Of a stretch of 64,000 nucleotides of DNA, positions 12,551-24,778 are shown piece after piece. Made by a program: the position numbers and the translations under genes. Numbering within the stretch: position 1 is the first letter of the stretch; each line of letters opens with the position of its first letter. The stretch is taken from contig CBDBMG010000001.1 in NCBI GenBank assembly GCA_965207375.1, positions 320,001-384,000 of the forward strand. Direction: 5' to 3'. The notes under the pieces were generated by a model that had not been told where the DNA came from, made no database searches, and worked only from the letters and a program-made list of their open reading frames with translations. The stretch comes from Nitrosopumilaceae archaeon (GTDB taxonomy: Archaea > Thermoproteota > Nitrososphaeria > Nitrososphaerales > Nitrosopumilaceae).

Positions 12551-13082
12551 AATGCTAGTACTGCTTCTGGTTGGCCTCACACATTTTACAGCCAGGCTGT
12601 CACAGTTTTGTTTAAGTATGTATAATCCTCAAAAACCTTTAGGAGAATTAAGAAGTGTCTAGGAAGAAGCGAATCGATACTTCAGGATTTTCCCTTGTAT
12701 TTCCCCAAGTAATAGATGTCCATTAACAATAATAGATTGGCTCCGACATATAATTTGTCTTTGGGCAGACGTACTGCTGGTTGGCAATGCTACATTCTGC
12801 AATGCTAGCGCTGCTTCTGGTTGGCCTCACACTTTTTATAGCCAGGCTGTCACAGTTTTTGTTTGTTAAAATACATATAGCTAATCCTAATTTATAAGAA
12901 AATTTTGACAAAACCTTATAAAATATGCAGGATAATTAAGAAGTATCAATAATAAACTAGAATCAATACTTCAGGATTTTCCCTTGTATTTCCCAACTAA
13001 TATAGATGTCCATCAACGATAATTTGTGACATATGATTTGTCTTTGGCCAGGCATACTGCTGGTTGGCAAAACTACATTCTG
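12551..13082 (+). repeat. Diverged tandem duplication, unit of about 250-280 bp
   Basis: caatgctag..ctgcttctggttggcctcacac...tactgctggttggcaa..ctacattctg occurs at 12551-12799 and 12800-13082. Confidence 0.8.
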
Positions 13083-14736
13083 TTTGTATGCCAATGGAAG
13101 AATAAATGATTTGTTAGTAATAGCTTTTTGCTAAACAAAAATAGCTTGATCATGACTGTAAAAAAGTGTTAGGCCAATCAGAAACAACATTGTAGCTATG
13201 TATAGTGACCAAACACTTTGATATCACAGGCCTGGAGGAATCAAAATGAAATTAGTCAGGCCATGTAATATCACAATGTAGAACATTGACTTGGATATGA
13301 TGTTACATGTTTTAAGGGGCATGCAAAATGCATATGAACCATCAAGTTTATGAATTTATGACTTATTTCTTGTTATAAAAATTAGGTTGTTTAATTAGAG
13401 TATCCTACAAGCACTGTGACTGTTCTATTAGAGTATACTGATCTTTTATTGTGATGATATTATATAGCTTATGGGCTTACCTACTCCAAAGCTATACACA
13501 TAGGTGATTGTTTTATTAGAGTGACTATTCAGTTAGAGTATATTGACATAAACTATCTATTAATAATTGGTTAGGCTCCAGCCTTACCAACTGGTTCCGC
13601 TGGCCCTATATCAAATAAGGCCAAGAAGTTATCAAAAATCACTTTAGCCATTTGAATAACATACAAGCAGTTTACAGGGCATTTTCACAACTATGATTGG
13701 CTTTATCACTTGGCCACCTTTTTTTAAAAATGATGGTATAAAAAAGGTGGCCAAGTGACAAATCCAGTGATAGTTGTGACAAGTTGATATTTTACCATCT
13801 AAAAACCAGGCGCTGTGTAAGTTAAACCACTGTTAATCCACTGCTATTTAATGCATTATAATATCATGTGTAAGTCACGTGAGCAATGACTCATCATTAG
13901 GAACACATAGCAATGCATACAAATTTGGCTTTACACTCCAGCACTTTAGTGATAAAGCTTTTTAAAAGTTGTTTTGATACTGTATAGGCCAGTCTTCTTT
14001 TATAAACTTCACAATCCGCATGGCATGTTCACTTTCAAAGCTGAAGCACTCCATCTTATTAGTAATGTACAGCTGGATAAGCGCCTTTTACTGTGTAATG
14101 AACAGCAAATACGGCATTATCTTACTCTTCTTTAGCAGTAACTCCCAACGTATTTTGTTACTAAGGCCATGTTCATCAATATCAACAGCAAATGTCATAT
14201 AATAAAGAAAAACTGAAAGCAGTAGGACTTATTTAATGGTTATTCGGGTTACATTTCACATGAATAGTTATTTATAGCCTCAAGGCAGTCACACACACAT
14301 ACATACGTACACAGACAGACACACACACACTCACACTCACACACATAATTTGCAAACAAAAGCAATTTCAAGAAGCTATGCAAAGTCCTGGGAACGTGGT
14401 TTAAAAATGCCCTGCGAATTATTTGTACGCATGTCATTCAAGTGCTAGCTATGCTTTAAAGGATTTTTGATAAAGAATTTTAAATAATTATTTAATAAAC
14501 AACCTCATAATTACTATTCTATGAAAATTAATAATTCATTGTTATGAAATCATTCAACATACACCATGCAGGTGTCGACAGGGGAGGATCCAGGGTATCC
14601 CAAAGGAAGTAAAATTAGGTAATATAATAGAGGTGGGTGCACCTGCCTCTATAGAGCTCTGTATATTACCCAAAAGATACAAATATTAAACACATTTTTA
14701 TACTGAGATAAGAGCAAAAAATTGATTGCACAGTCA

Positions 14737-14920
14737 ATTATTATTATTATAATTTTGGCAAAAAGGCAAAAATAGCCTGTACACCAAATCATTATTCAAT
14801 AAAACAGTACATGTTGTCAGTCCAATACATATCCAGCTTCGCCTTGAAGTAATTTAAAGAGCATGTTTCAATAAAAGGTTGTGGTAAATTGTTCCATGCA
14901 TTCACTACACGATGAGATAA
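14737..14920 (-). mobile_element. 3' remnant of a CR1/L2-group LINE
   Basis: Minus strand reads LSHRVVNAWNNLPQPFIETCSLNYFKAKLDMYW, the typical ORF2 C-terminus, followed by a short UTR and a (TAA)n tail. Confidence 0.75.
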
Positions 14921-15306
14921 AGGTGTTAATTATTTATGAAAATAAAAGTAACTGGATATGAATGAAAGATAATAGCTTCATGTGCAAAAATGATCGAAAT
15001 GAGAAACTTGAGAAACATTGAATCTAGCTACGTATAAGCCCAACAATTTAAGTGGTAGGGTAAGCTTCATTGGCATAGCAGTAGTCAACCTATTTCTGCA
15101 GGTGTCTGCTTGATAGACCAAGCTTGCAGCATGTAGCTACATCATAGCTGTCCCTTGGTAATAATTAAATTCACTGTAGAGGTTATAAAAGTACCTGTTA
15201 GTCTGAGATCCCTATTAAATAGTTGCCACCATACTTGATATTATAACACCTCACTATACTTGCATATAGCTATACATATTATACTATAAACATTGCACTT
15301 ATCTAG

Positions 15307-15453
15307 CAACTGAAGAGGATTGCTCAGTTACCATGGTTAGTGGAAAAGTTAGGCATAACCAACGAAGAAACAGAACAAGATTTAGGTTTTCATCTGATGG
15401 TGATCCAAAGGTCACTTATAGATGCAAACTTGATGATGGGGAGTTTGATGATT
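15307..15453 (+). CDS. Ig gene 1 exon 4, first half of the C-terminal beta-sandwich-like module
   Basis: atctag acceptor, 147 nt, phase 1-1, t|gtgagt donor; ATEEDCSVTMVSGKVRHNQRRNRTRFRFSSDGDPKVTYRCKLDDGEFDD. Confidence 0.75.
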
Positions 15454-16112
15454 GTGAGTTTATAGCATTTATTGCTGTCTACAGCCAGCATACTGTGGCT
15501 TATATTATTGATATTTTTGTTTGTGAAGTGTAAGATAGGTATGTATATATCTAGTTCTGCATGCATGAAGTTCAATGTTTTATTACCAGTATGGTAAGTA
15601 TATATAGCTACATAGTTCATCAGATTTTTGTACCGACACATTGATAGTTTCTGGTTAACAACTTTATTAACAGAACAAAAATTTGTGGATTGAATGACAC
15701 TTAGTTACATAGAATGTTGTATAAATAATTTTATAGGGCTATTAGGGGGCACTGGGTCCATATTTTAAAGAAAGGTTAGCTAGAGCTTATACCTATTTGC
15801 AGTGTAGCTACATACATACTTTTAGTGTAGCTATAGCTAATCCTTATGCATTTTAGGAGGTATTTAAGGTGCAAACCTTACATATATACGTAGCTACAAA
15901 TATTAGCTATAGTTTGTGGAAGGGACAGTTTCTTGGTTTCCTACATCAGAGAATCTCTAAGGTCAAATGCCAGGCCAAATGCCACTGTGAATGACCATTT
16001 AAAATGTATGCAGCTAGATAATGTTTATGTAGCTGCACAACTCCATATGATAATGATTTAGCTTTCATATAGCTACAACTAGTTGTAATATTACGTAGGT
16101 ATGTGTATTTAG

Positions 16113-16243
16113 GTAAAACTCGTATGATCTGGAGAAACTTGAATAGAGGAAGACATACTATTGCTGTAGAAGCCTTCTGTGTTGATGATGAAGGGAAAAG
16201 ATCTTCTACTGTGAGAAGAAATTTCAACTTTCGAATTCCTTAA
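16113..16243 (+). CDS. Ig gene 1 exon 5, terminal coding exon
   Basis: tatttag acceptor in phase 1; CKTRMIWRNLNRGRHTIAVEAFCVDDEGKRSSTVRRNFNFRIP then TAA. Completes a 708-nt CDS (235 aa). Confidence 0.75.
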
Positions 16244-18517
16244 TCAGTTTCCCTTCATGCTGGCAATTGACTATAATTACTAGTAGTGTGTAATTCTTTG
16301 TTAGGTTTCTGCACTGAATTTGGATTTTGATTTAGTTGCTACTCTTTTATTTTTCATTTGACTTGACTTCATCATGCATTGTGTAGCTATAGTAGGTAGA
16401 GCATTGTACATTGTCAGCTATACAGATTTGATTACTAATCAGAAATGTTTATATATTAGCTAGATTGTTATAGCTAACTAAGCTAGTTGTATAATAATAA
16501 CTAAAACATTCAAATAACTTTAGTCATACTTATAGCTATATGTATGTGATGAGCATTCAACCAAATACCTAGCTATAGTCCCTAGAAACAGAGTGCTAGT
16601 GGAATTGCTCTATAGGCTTGAATTGATGTTTCTCAATACTGTGATTATCTTTCTTATGCATTTATCCGCCTATACTTTCACTATAAACTTTCAATGGTGA
16701 AGTTGATAATTTTGACTTTGATTTCGTTGTCGAGTGTGGTCGCAATATTAGGGAAGGACTCGAAGTAGTGATTAGACCAGGTGTTAATAAGACTAGTGTG
16801 AAATTACTATTTTACCCATGTTGTATTATCTGTGCCTCTTGTGACATCAGATCCTGATTGCACTGATGACGTGTTGCATTAAATGGAAAAGTTTTCAATC
16901 CCTTGTTTTATTGTTAAAATGTGAAATGAAATTTAAAAATGTGTAATTGATAATCTTACCATTCAATTAATATAATGAAACAAAAAATTACCCTGTCTCC
17001 CTCCCTTTAAGAAGGCTTGGCATGTTTAATCGCCACTTTGTTGCCTTTCTTGTCAATAATAAATGGCGAAAGGTGGCCAAATGATAAATAAGTCTAACTT
17101 CCATGTTCTGATCAGTTAAAAGACAAAGTTGCTGTCAGTAGTAGTTAGCTATAGCTATTGCAATAGTACAGTAACATAGTTATGTACATTATGTATTATG
17201 AGAATTCAAGTCATATAGGTACGTAAATAGTTTTGTGGATCACTTCATTTTTCCTATTATATTTTCTGTTTATATCCTTGCAGCAAAAACTGTAAGAGTG
17301 CAAATTTTACATATTTATTGTGACAGCATAAGTATGTATTGAAATATACAGAACATAGCTATACAGCCACCTATAAACAATGGAACTGTGAAGCTACTTA
17401 GGGTGTTCATGTAATGGGTATAATTAGACACCCTGACTTGTACCCTGATACCAATTAGTCTTGCATTGCTAAACCCTCTTTGCATAGACGCCTATCGATT
17501 GGAGATCATAAGTGCTGCACTACAAGGGTCTAGTACTGTTTACAGGTCCTGAGCAAACAGTTTTTGTTGGGTGCTAATAGCTAGGTGTTCATAAGATCAT
17601 GTGTAAAAATCCACTGCCAAATACAAGCACATATGCTAATTCATTACAAAAACCCATCATTACCAAAAAAGTGTGAAGAAACATATTGTGGCCTGACTGT
17701 GAATAGTATCAGACCCCGTAGCTCAACTGAATGCTTATAACCCCCATGCCAATTGATAAATGCCTGTCCAAAGAGGGTTTGGCATAGTGAGACAATAACA
17801 TGTGGATAAAATGTAGCATACAACAGTCATGTGATCCCCTCATGTGACCTTACCTATTGTATAGTATTTACATGTTATGTATTTTGACTTTGAGAAAAAC
17901 ATGAAGTACATTTTTATTAAGTAGCTAGTCACCCACCCTTGTAATTAACACACCCAATGGGTTTGTTACCTTCTGCATCTTCAAGTGGGCACTTGTATCA
18001 TCTAAATTAATAACCTGCTTTAATAATGATAAATATTATTTTGACCATATCAAGCATGGTCTTATCTAGTCTTGCAAGCCAGACTCACTTTTCCCACCCC
18101 CATGTAAAATGAGAAGGTGAATCTGGCCAACCATGTGCAACAAAATTTCCCTCAGTAGCTAGTACACGTTAATCTGCTTTATCTTTACAGAAGAACTTCA
18201 GTGAGCTGGTGAATAACCTAAAGAACCACCCGCCTTGAGTAGCCTCGGATTGTGGGATCCCACGCCTGCTCGAAATAAACGAGACATGACCATGCACTAT
18301 ATACCCATGCTTACGTATACCAAACTAACAAGTGTACCTGCCTGTTGTGCAGGGTGTAAGCCGTGTAGCTAAATGCATGTTCATGTGCATGCAGATCATA
18401 TCACACTATCTAGCCACTATATGATCTCCTATAATATTATGCCCATCTAGTCTCCTATGCAGTGGCATAGCTAGCCTATTGTGATTGGTTGGGCACCACT
18501 TTATATAGAACTCATTG

Positions 18518-18697
18518 AGTGTGTGCGTGTGTGTACGTGAGTGTGTGCGTGTGTGTACGTGAGTTTGTGTACGTGAGTGTGTGCGTGTGTGTACGTGAGT
18601 GTGTGTACGTGAGTGTGTGTGTGTGTGTGTACGTGAGTGTGTGCGTATGTATACGTGAGTGTGTGTGCGTACGTGAGTGTGTGTGTGTGTGTGTGTA
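18518..18697. repeat. Compound (GT)n / GTGTGTACGTGA microsatellite
   Basis: Repeated gtgtgtacgtgagtgtgtgc units. Confidence 0.9.
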
Positions 18698-19077
18698 CAC
18701 AGTTAGTGTTATATCAAGTACATAATTATAGCTAATTAGTATAGCTATAGCTTATGTAAATTCTTTGAAAAATCTTTTGTTAGGTCAAAGTTCATATATA
18801 ACTGATAGTAGTCAGATTATGCCAGTAGGTGATAACACTCTTGATATAGTCTTACAGAACACTAAACAAGGTACAACTAAACATTGCTTTTACAACTAGA
18901 CCATACAAGACAATGAGTATTAGCTACATACTACAAGATAAAAACTATTATGGCCAATACACAGAAACGATACAACTATTATAGCTACTAAGGAAATGAG
19001 TGGTACAATAACTACCCAATAATAAATTCTTAGTACGTAAATGTACACAAAACAGCTCATACACTGTTTATAATGTT

Positions 19078-19497
19078 TATGCTAAACAAAACAGCCTGGC
19101 TGTAAAAAAAGTGCGAGGCCAATCAGAAGCCACAATGGCTATAAGCGACCAAAATCTCTGATATCAAGTAAGGCCAAGAAGTTGAACATTTTATTAAGAA
19201 TCCTTTTACTTGAATGACATACAATAGTTTACAGGGCATTTTCACAACTATGATTGGCTTTGTCACTTGGCCACCTTATAAAAGATGATAGTACAAAAAG
19301 GTGGCCAAGTGACAAAGCCAATCATAGTTGTGAAAATGCCCTGTAAACTATTGTATGTCATTCAAGTAAAAGGATTCTTAATAAAATGTTCAACTTCTTG
19401 GCCTTACTTGATATCAGAGATTTTGGTCGCTTATAGCCATTGTGGCTTCTGATTGGCCTCGCACTTTTTTTACAGCCAGGCTGTTTTGTTTAGCATA
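19078..19497. mobile_element. Foldback/palindromic element with essentially perfect arms of about 200 bp
   Basis: 19078-19277 is the reverse complement of 19298-19497 with a 20-nt spacer. Degenerate family members lie at about 12040-12620, 13125-13780, 17030-17090 and 42015-42200. Confidence 0.9.
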
Positions 19498-19884
19498 TCA
19501 CTGCTTTTTGTAAATAGATTACAATTATAAACAAGTCCTGACAAGAAACCTTATATGAAGTATGCAGAGTAATAAAAATTTAAAGGGGAGAGGAGCTGGA
19601 AGTTAATACTTTAGGTGTTTCCCCGGCTTGTATTTCCCCCAAGTAGCTAATGAACATATATAGTACGTATTACTATAATTGTTAGCTATGTATATAGGTG
19701 GAGAACAGTGAAGAACCTCAATGAAGGCTACATCATTGCCATCATGTCCTGTACTGTTGATTGATCTACAGGAGAAGATATATTATAATGCTATAAATAA
19801 ATTTTGTGCATGCTAACAGGACAGTGGTCTCCTATTTATAATGTGTGGCCACTGTTCACCTTGTGTTGTTTGGTATAATTATCT

Positions 19885-20728
19885 TGCATGGCACATAAGC
19901 ATGAATAATCATTAAAGGCTAATTTTGACAAACTGAAGTGTCACAATTTCTTTAAACTTATCCTGAAGATTCATATATCAATATAGTTTGTGTATCTGAA
20001 ATTTTATTCAAATGATTTAGAGGGAGTCTGAGTTATGGAAACTATCAACATGCAGTGTAAAAGTATCTCTCAAATATAGTTAGGTATTTGCTTTATGCTG
20101 AAAGTTGTTTTTCTGGTAGAGCATACATAGGAGAAGTGTTGATACAAATTTGGTTGAAATCCATGCAGAAATGAGTGAGTTATTAGACAAATAAGTGTGA
20201 GTGTTTTAAATAGAAATTCCGGAATTCACGCGCAAGCGCACAAAAAGTGTGCGATGAAAATGAAAGAAAGAAAGAAAGAAGAAGAAGAAAGAAAAAAAAA
20301 ACGACGGGCGCCTAAAATATTTTTGATTACAGGAAGGAGTTTATAAGGCGCGTACGGAAAACTCGTGTCATGGATATCAAACGACTTCAGGTCAACGATT
20401 ATTCATACATTGAAGGTACTATTTGTTTAGTAAACGAGTAAGTAGGTGCCAAGGGGATGGTTTTTCGAGCGTGGGCGCACGAACGGGTGCCATAAAACTC
20501 GCAATGGCTGGTACTTAGGATTGGTGGCGCCGACTTCCTCCATTGTCGGGTTACTAATTCTATATGGTTAGAACGTTCTGAGTCCTGAATAACTAGGCGA
20601 TAGCTGTCGTGGCGGCTTAGTTACAGCGTTTTCAAATTTCAGAGCGGTGCTACGTGTAAATAACTCACTCATTCGTCGCGTACGGCTGCTTCTTCTTGGC
20701 CTCGCGACTCACTATCGTGAGTCTTGAT
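19885..20728 (+). mobile_element. Candidate Helentron-associated (HINE/DINE-like) non-autonomous element
   Basis: CpG-rich interior, internal (GAAA)n/(GAA)n tract and a 3' hairpin gactcac-tatc-gtgagtc followed by TT. The 5' boundary is approximate. Confidence 0.4.
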
Positions 20729-20773
20729 TAGTTCTTGGTAATGATGTGACATTATTACCACAATAATTTACCA

Positions 20774-20832
20774 GCTATAAAAAGAATACAGCAGACATCA
20801 GTGATTAAGGTTTACATGCCTGTGGGACTTAA
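20774..20832 (+). promoter_or_regulatory. Paralogous core promoter/5' leader upstream of Ig gene 2
   Basis: ctataaaaagaatacagcagacatcagtgattaaggt...cctgtgggacttaa matches 7418-7503. Its upstream half (18727-18800, equal to 7335-7410) is separated by about 2 kb of inserted sequence. Confidence 0.5.
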
Positions 20833-23005
20833 TATGATGTAATTAACTTATTAGGAACCACATGGAATCTGATTTGCTAAAAATGTCAGGTCATGCAACT
20901 ACACAGATTAAATTCGGACCACAGCACAGGCTGAATGGCTATATAAGGCTATATAATAATAATGTAGCTACGAAGTTCAAATGAATATCGTTAACTGTGT
21001 GGCCGGAACAAGAAATGCATTCATGTCCCGAAGTGATAATACCATTGGTAGTCTCGCGTAGCCAGACCCTTTTTGTCGCAGGGCGCTTATCGATTAGAGA
21101 TTATAAGCGCCCGCTCAGAGAGACTATGGTAGGGCTGGCATTGCTATAATTTAGCCTGATATCTAACCTCAGTTCTAATTCTGGCTTAGCTGTTGAAAGC
21201 TACGTATCAAATAACTTTTCCAGATACAAATCCTCCAACTTCCAACTGATGTCATTTTGATACGTAAAATTTCGTATTCCATAGTGCACCTGATAGGTTT
21301 CACCTCGCAACTGTCGAGTTGATTGCCGGATTTGAGTTGGATCAATGAGATGGCTCGTCTAGCTATATACTTGTTAACAGCATTGGATTTAGTAAGTTTG
21401 ATTTGGTTATATCTAGCGTGATTTTTGTAGTACACTGAGTAGCCTGAGGTATATCATAAGTGCGAGGTAGTTTATTGTGGCAGCTAGGGCGGCTATATAT
21501 ATTTGAGGGGGCGGTGACACAATCAATTCTCTTTTATACCATAGGCGATTTTAAGGGGTCTGGGGGTACAGCCCCTCACCCCTACCCTATTGAAAATAAG
21601 TGAAAAATCTTACAGTATAGCTACAACACTGATGGTAAATTAAACAGTGAGTCTATAGAGTCTAGTACATGTTTCTAGGACATACTGGCATGATAGCTAT
21701 ACTTAATTAAGGAGCAAACTTCACACAAAATTTACATTTCTGAGTGAAGTAGTATAACTTCCTTGGTCCCCTGACAAGAAACTAAGCCCCCTGTATCCTA
21801 GTTCTAGAATTATCACTGGTTTTTACACGTATAGCTACACCTTAAAATTCTACTAGTTTGATTATGTCACTGATGTATAAGGGCCCTCTCCGCTTTAAAG
21901 CGTGTGTCATGTTATACCATCTTGATAACACAGTGGTTAGCCCCCTCAGTCAAAAATATAAAAGGATAAATGTATTGTTATACATAGAACACTAATTCTA
22001 TATAAAAGGATGGATGTGTTGTTATAGAACACTAATTCTTGTCCATTTAATTGCATCAAGTAACAATTTATACTAAAGGGGTAGCGGCTATGCATTGCAC
22101 TCTAAATCTGGCATTTCTGTACTTGACAGAATAAAACATCCCATAGCTTCTGAGGGCTACACCCAATAACCCCTACTTTAGAGATCCACTGTACTAGCTG
22201 TGCTTAGCTCCCCTCTCTAGATCTGCCTATGGCTGGGTAGCATAACTATATCACTCTCCTTCATGGGATTCATCATGAATTTTTGATCATTGTTGCTGTT
22301 TTCACAGACTAGCTATGGGGAAGTACATTATGTAGTGAATGATGGAGGTTATGTACATGCTGAGAATATAGATCTAACTAGATATAAAATCTATAAAGTC
22401 TGGGATGTTGAAACCTCTCGGGTACCTGACCATGGCACCGAGGGATGCTATAGTTTCCCAGTGAATAAGTCTTGCGATTAGCAGTGCAGCCTCTATTAAA
22501 ATATCCTTTCTTTCCACAGTTAAGGGGTTTATCACAAACATTATCCCATGGCTATAAACCTGTGAGAAGGCTTATATATAGCTTGTTGACAGGGATGCAG
22601 AAAAAATCATGTCGCGATACTCTTAATCAGTATGCACTTTACACATGCAGTCTGCTATACACCAGACTACATATGAAGACAGGCCATACTGGAACGAAAT
22701 TGAACAAAAATGATTTATTACATTATACATGTGATCTGTTAGACTACACCCATGAGAATAATCTTCAAAGCATAGTGCTTGAATATCTTGATCCATAATA
22801 TAATATCTCTGTGGTGCTTAGCCCTATTGAAGCACAATTAAATACTGGGCTTCAGTTTATGGCAACATAAATTTTGTTCTACAATGTCTGCAGTGAATGG
22901 AAAAGAATGACAGTGAACTTGAACATACTATGCACCATGTTTATTAATGTCTTGCATAATAAGTAAAATAGACTGTACATGAGCTTGTGCATGATATTTT
23001 TATAG

Positions 23006-23081
23006 GCACTGGTGATATGGGGTCAGCAGACACTTGCACCAATCACTTCAACCTTTCCCCCTCCTCCAACCATGAATGCTG
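23006..23081 (+). CDS. Ig gene 2 linker exon (ALVIWGQQTLAPITSTFPPPPTMNA)
   Basis: tttatag acceptor, 76 nt, g|gtatagtcaaa donor identical to that of gene 1 exon 2. Confidence 0.75.
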
Positions 23082-23350
23082 GTATAGTCAAAATATTATT
23101 ATTTCATTATTTTAATTTTAGTTTTTAAAAATTGCATTTAAAAACATAGGAACAACACTCTGGCAATGAATAATTTATACAAGACTAATACAAAAATGTC
23201 CATCAAAAGTATGTACATAATTATAGCTAGAATTTAAAAAATCTTGTGCCAGTGTTGTTCCATATATCCTATTGCATTTTTCCTTGGGTTTTTTAGGTAA
23301 AACATGTAAATTTACATGCAGTCTTTTATTGTGTCATTCCTTAGTAGCTA

Positions 23351-24778
23351 CTAGAATAATAAAAAATTGAAAATTTAAATGGTGAGTAGGGAATATAAAT
23401 TATTATACAAAATCATCACCAGAATCAATCTCAGAGCATTTAATTTTCAAAATTTTCCTGGGGGGGCATGCCCCCAGACCCCCCTGTAGGGATCGAAGGG
23501 ATCCACTAGTACAGTGCTACAAAAAGTAAGGAAACAAGAAATAAGATTCTGGCACGAATGAACACTAAAGATTCTGGCAAGAGATAATTTATAAAAGTTT
23601 AATCCCTACTTTTGGCTCATATTAGTCATTATAGTACATTTGCCAAAAGTAGGGATTAAACTTTTATAAATTATCTCATGCCAGAATCTTCAGTGTTCAT
23701 TCGTGCCAGAATCTTATTTCTTGTTTCCTTACTTTTTGTAGCACTGTACTAGTGGATCCCTTCGATCCCTACTCATCATTTAAATTTTCAATTTTTTATT
23801 ATTCTAGTTTGTAAGCTTTTTATAGGGCATTATAATAATCATTCAGGTGCCTATATAGCAGCTACACAAAAATATACAGGCGCTAACATAATTATGGCTT
23901 CTTTACAGGCGCTTGTTAACAACCTGCTTGTGTGGCAAAGCAGCTGTGCAAGCAAATTACATCCTTTAAAAACAGCGAATATATTTGTCCAGCTGCTTGT
24001 CGATGTTGACTGGTGTGTGTTTCAGTTGAATTAGTTTAGTTATAATTTATGGAGTCGTATAGTGTATAGTCGTTTTCAAATAGTTGTTAGTTATCAAGTA
24101 ATGTAACAGTGGATGTGGCGTAAGTTGATGCTGTGTGTTTTTGTGTAATGGGATAGCAACCACGTGTGTGTATGCGCATGCGTAATATTTAAGTATTGTA
24201 GCCTAGAATGCTTCTAAGCCGTTAAACAATATTCCTCTGACAACATCGAAGAGATATGCAACATTCCATGCATGAAGCGATTTGTAACTATAAAACGGCA
24301 GGCGCGCATTATTGTACCTGTTTACACCTTGTATGGAATGTTGTGGTCATGCTGAAATTGTTTACGCATTCCAATCGATAGAGAAGAAAGTAAAGAAAGG
24401 AAGTATAAAGGAATCACCATGGCGCAGTGGATAAATCGTCTTCGGAACAACAGTTTCGTAAATGGGAAAGGATAACCTTTGCCGTGCTGAATTTCTGGAG
24501 CCGTACACCTAGCGGAACCCGGTCTTACGGCAGGCTGGCAGGCCGGCAGACGAAATCCAGGTGATTTTTGAATTTTTTAAAATTCACTATAGATCGAAAT
24601 AATCGATATTTCGCTTTGTTAAACAAATGTAAAGCATTATTATAGCTGTGCCAGTGCGTTTAAGTTGGTTTTTTCGGCTAAAGCGCATTGTAAGGTGGGT
24701 TTCTAGATGTGCGAAAATTCCACATTCCATACATTCCTTATCGATCCCTACTATTAAGTACTACCGTACTTAATGATA
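23351..24778 (+). mobile_element. Helentron-like non-autonomous element with an inverted duplication of its 5' end, present only in copy A
   Basis: The empty site in copy B reads ttagtagcta|tactgtgatt. Sub-terminal IR gtagggatcga / tcgatccctac; 3' hairpin attaagtac-tacc-gtacttaat (24753-24774); inverted arms 23351-23616 and 23642-23808. Confidence 0.7.
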
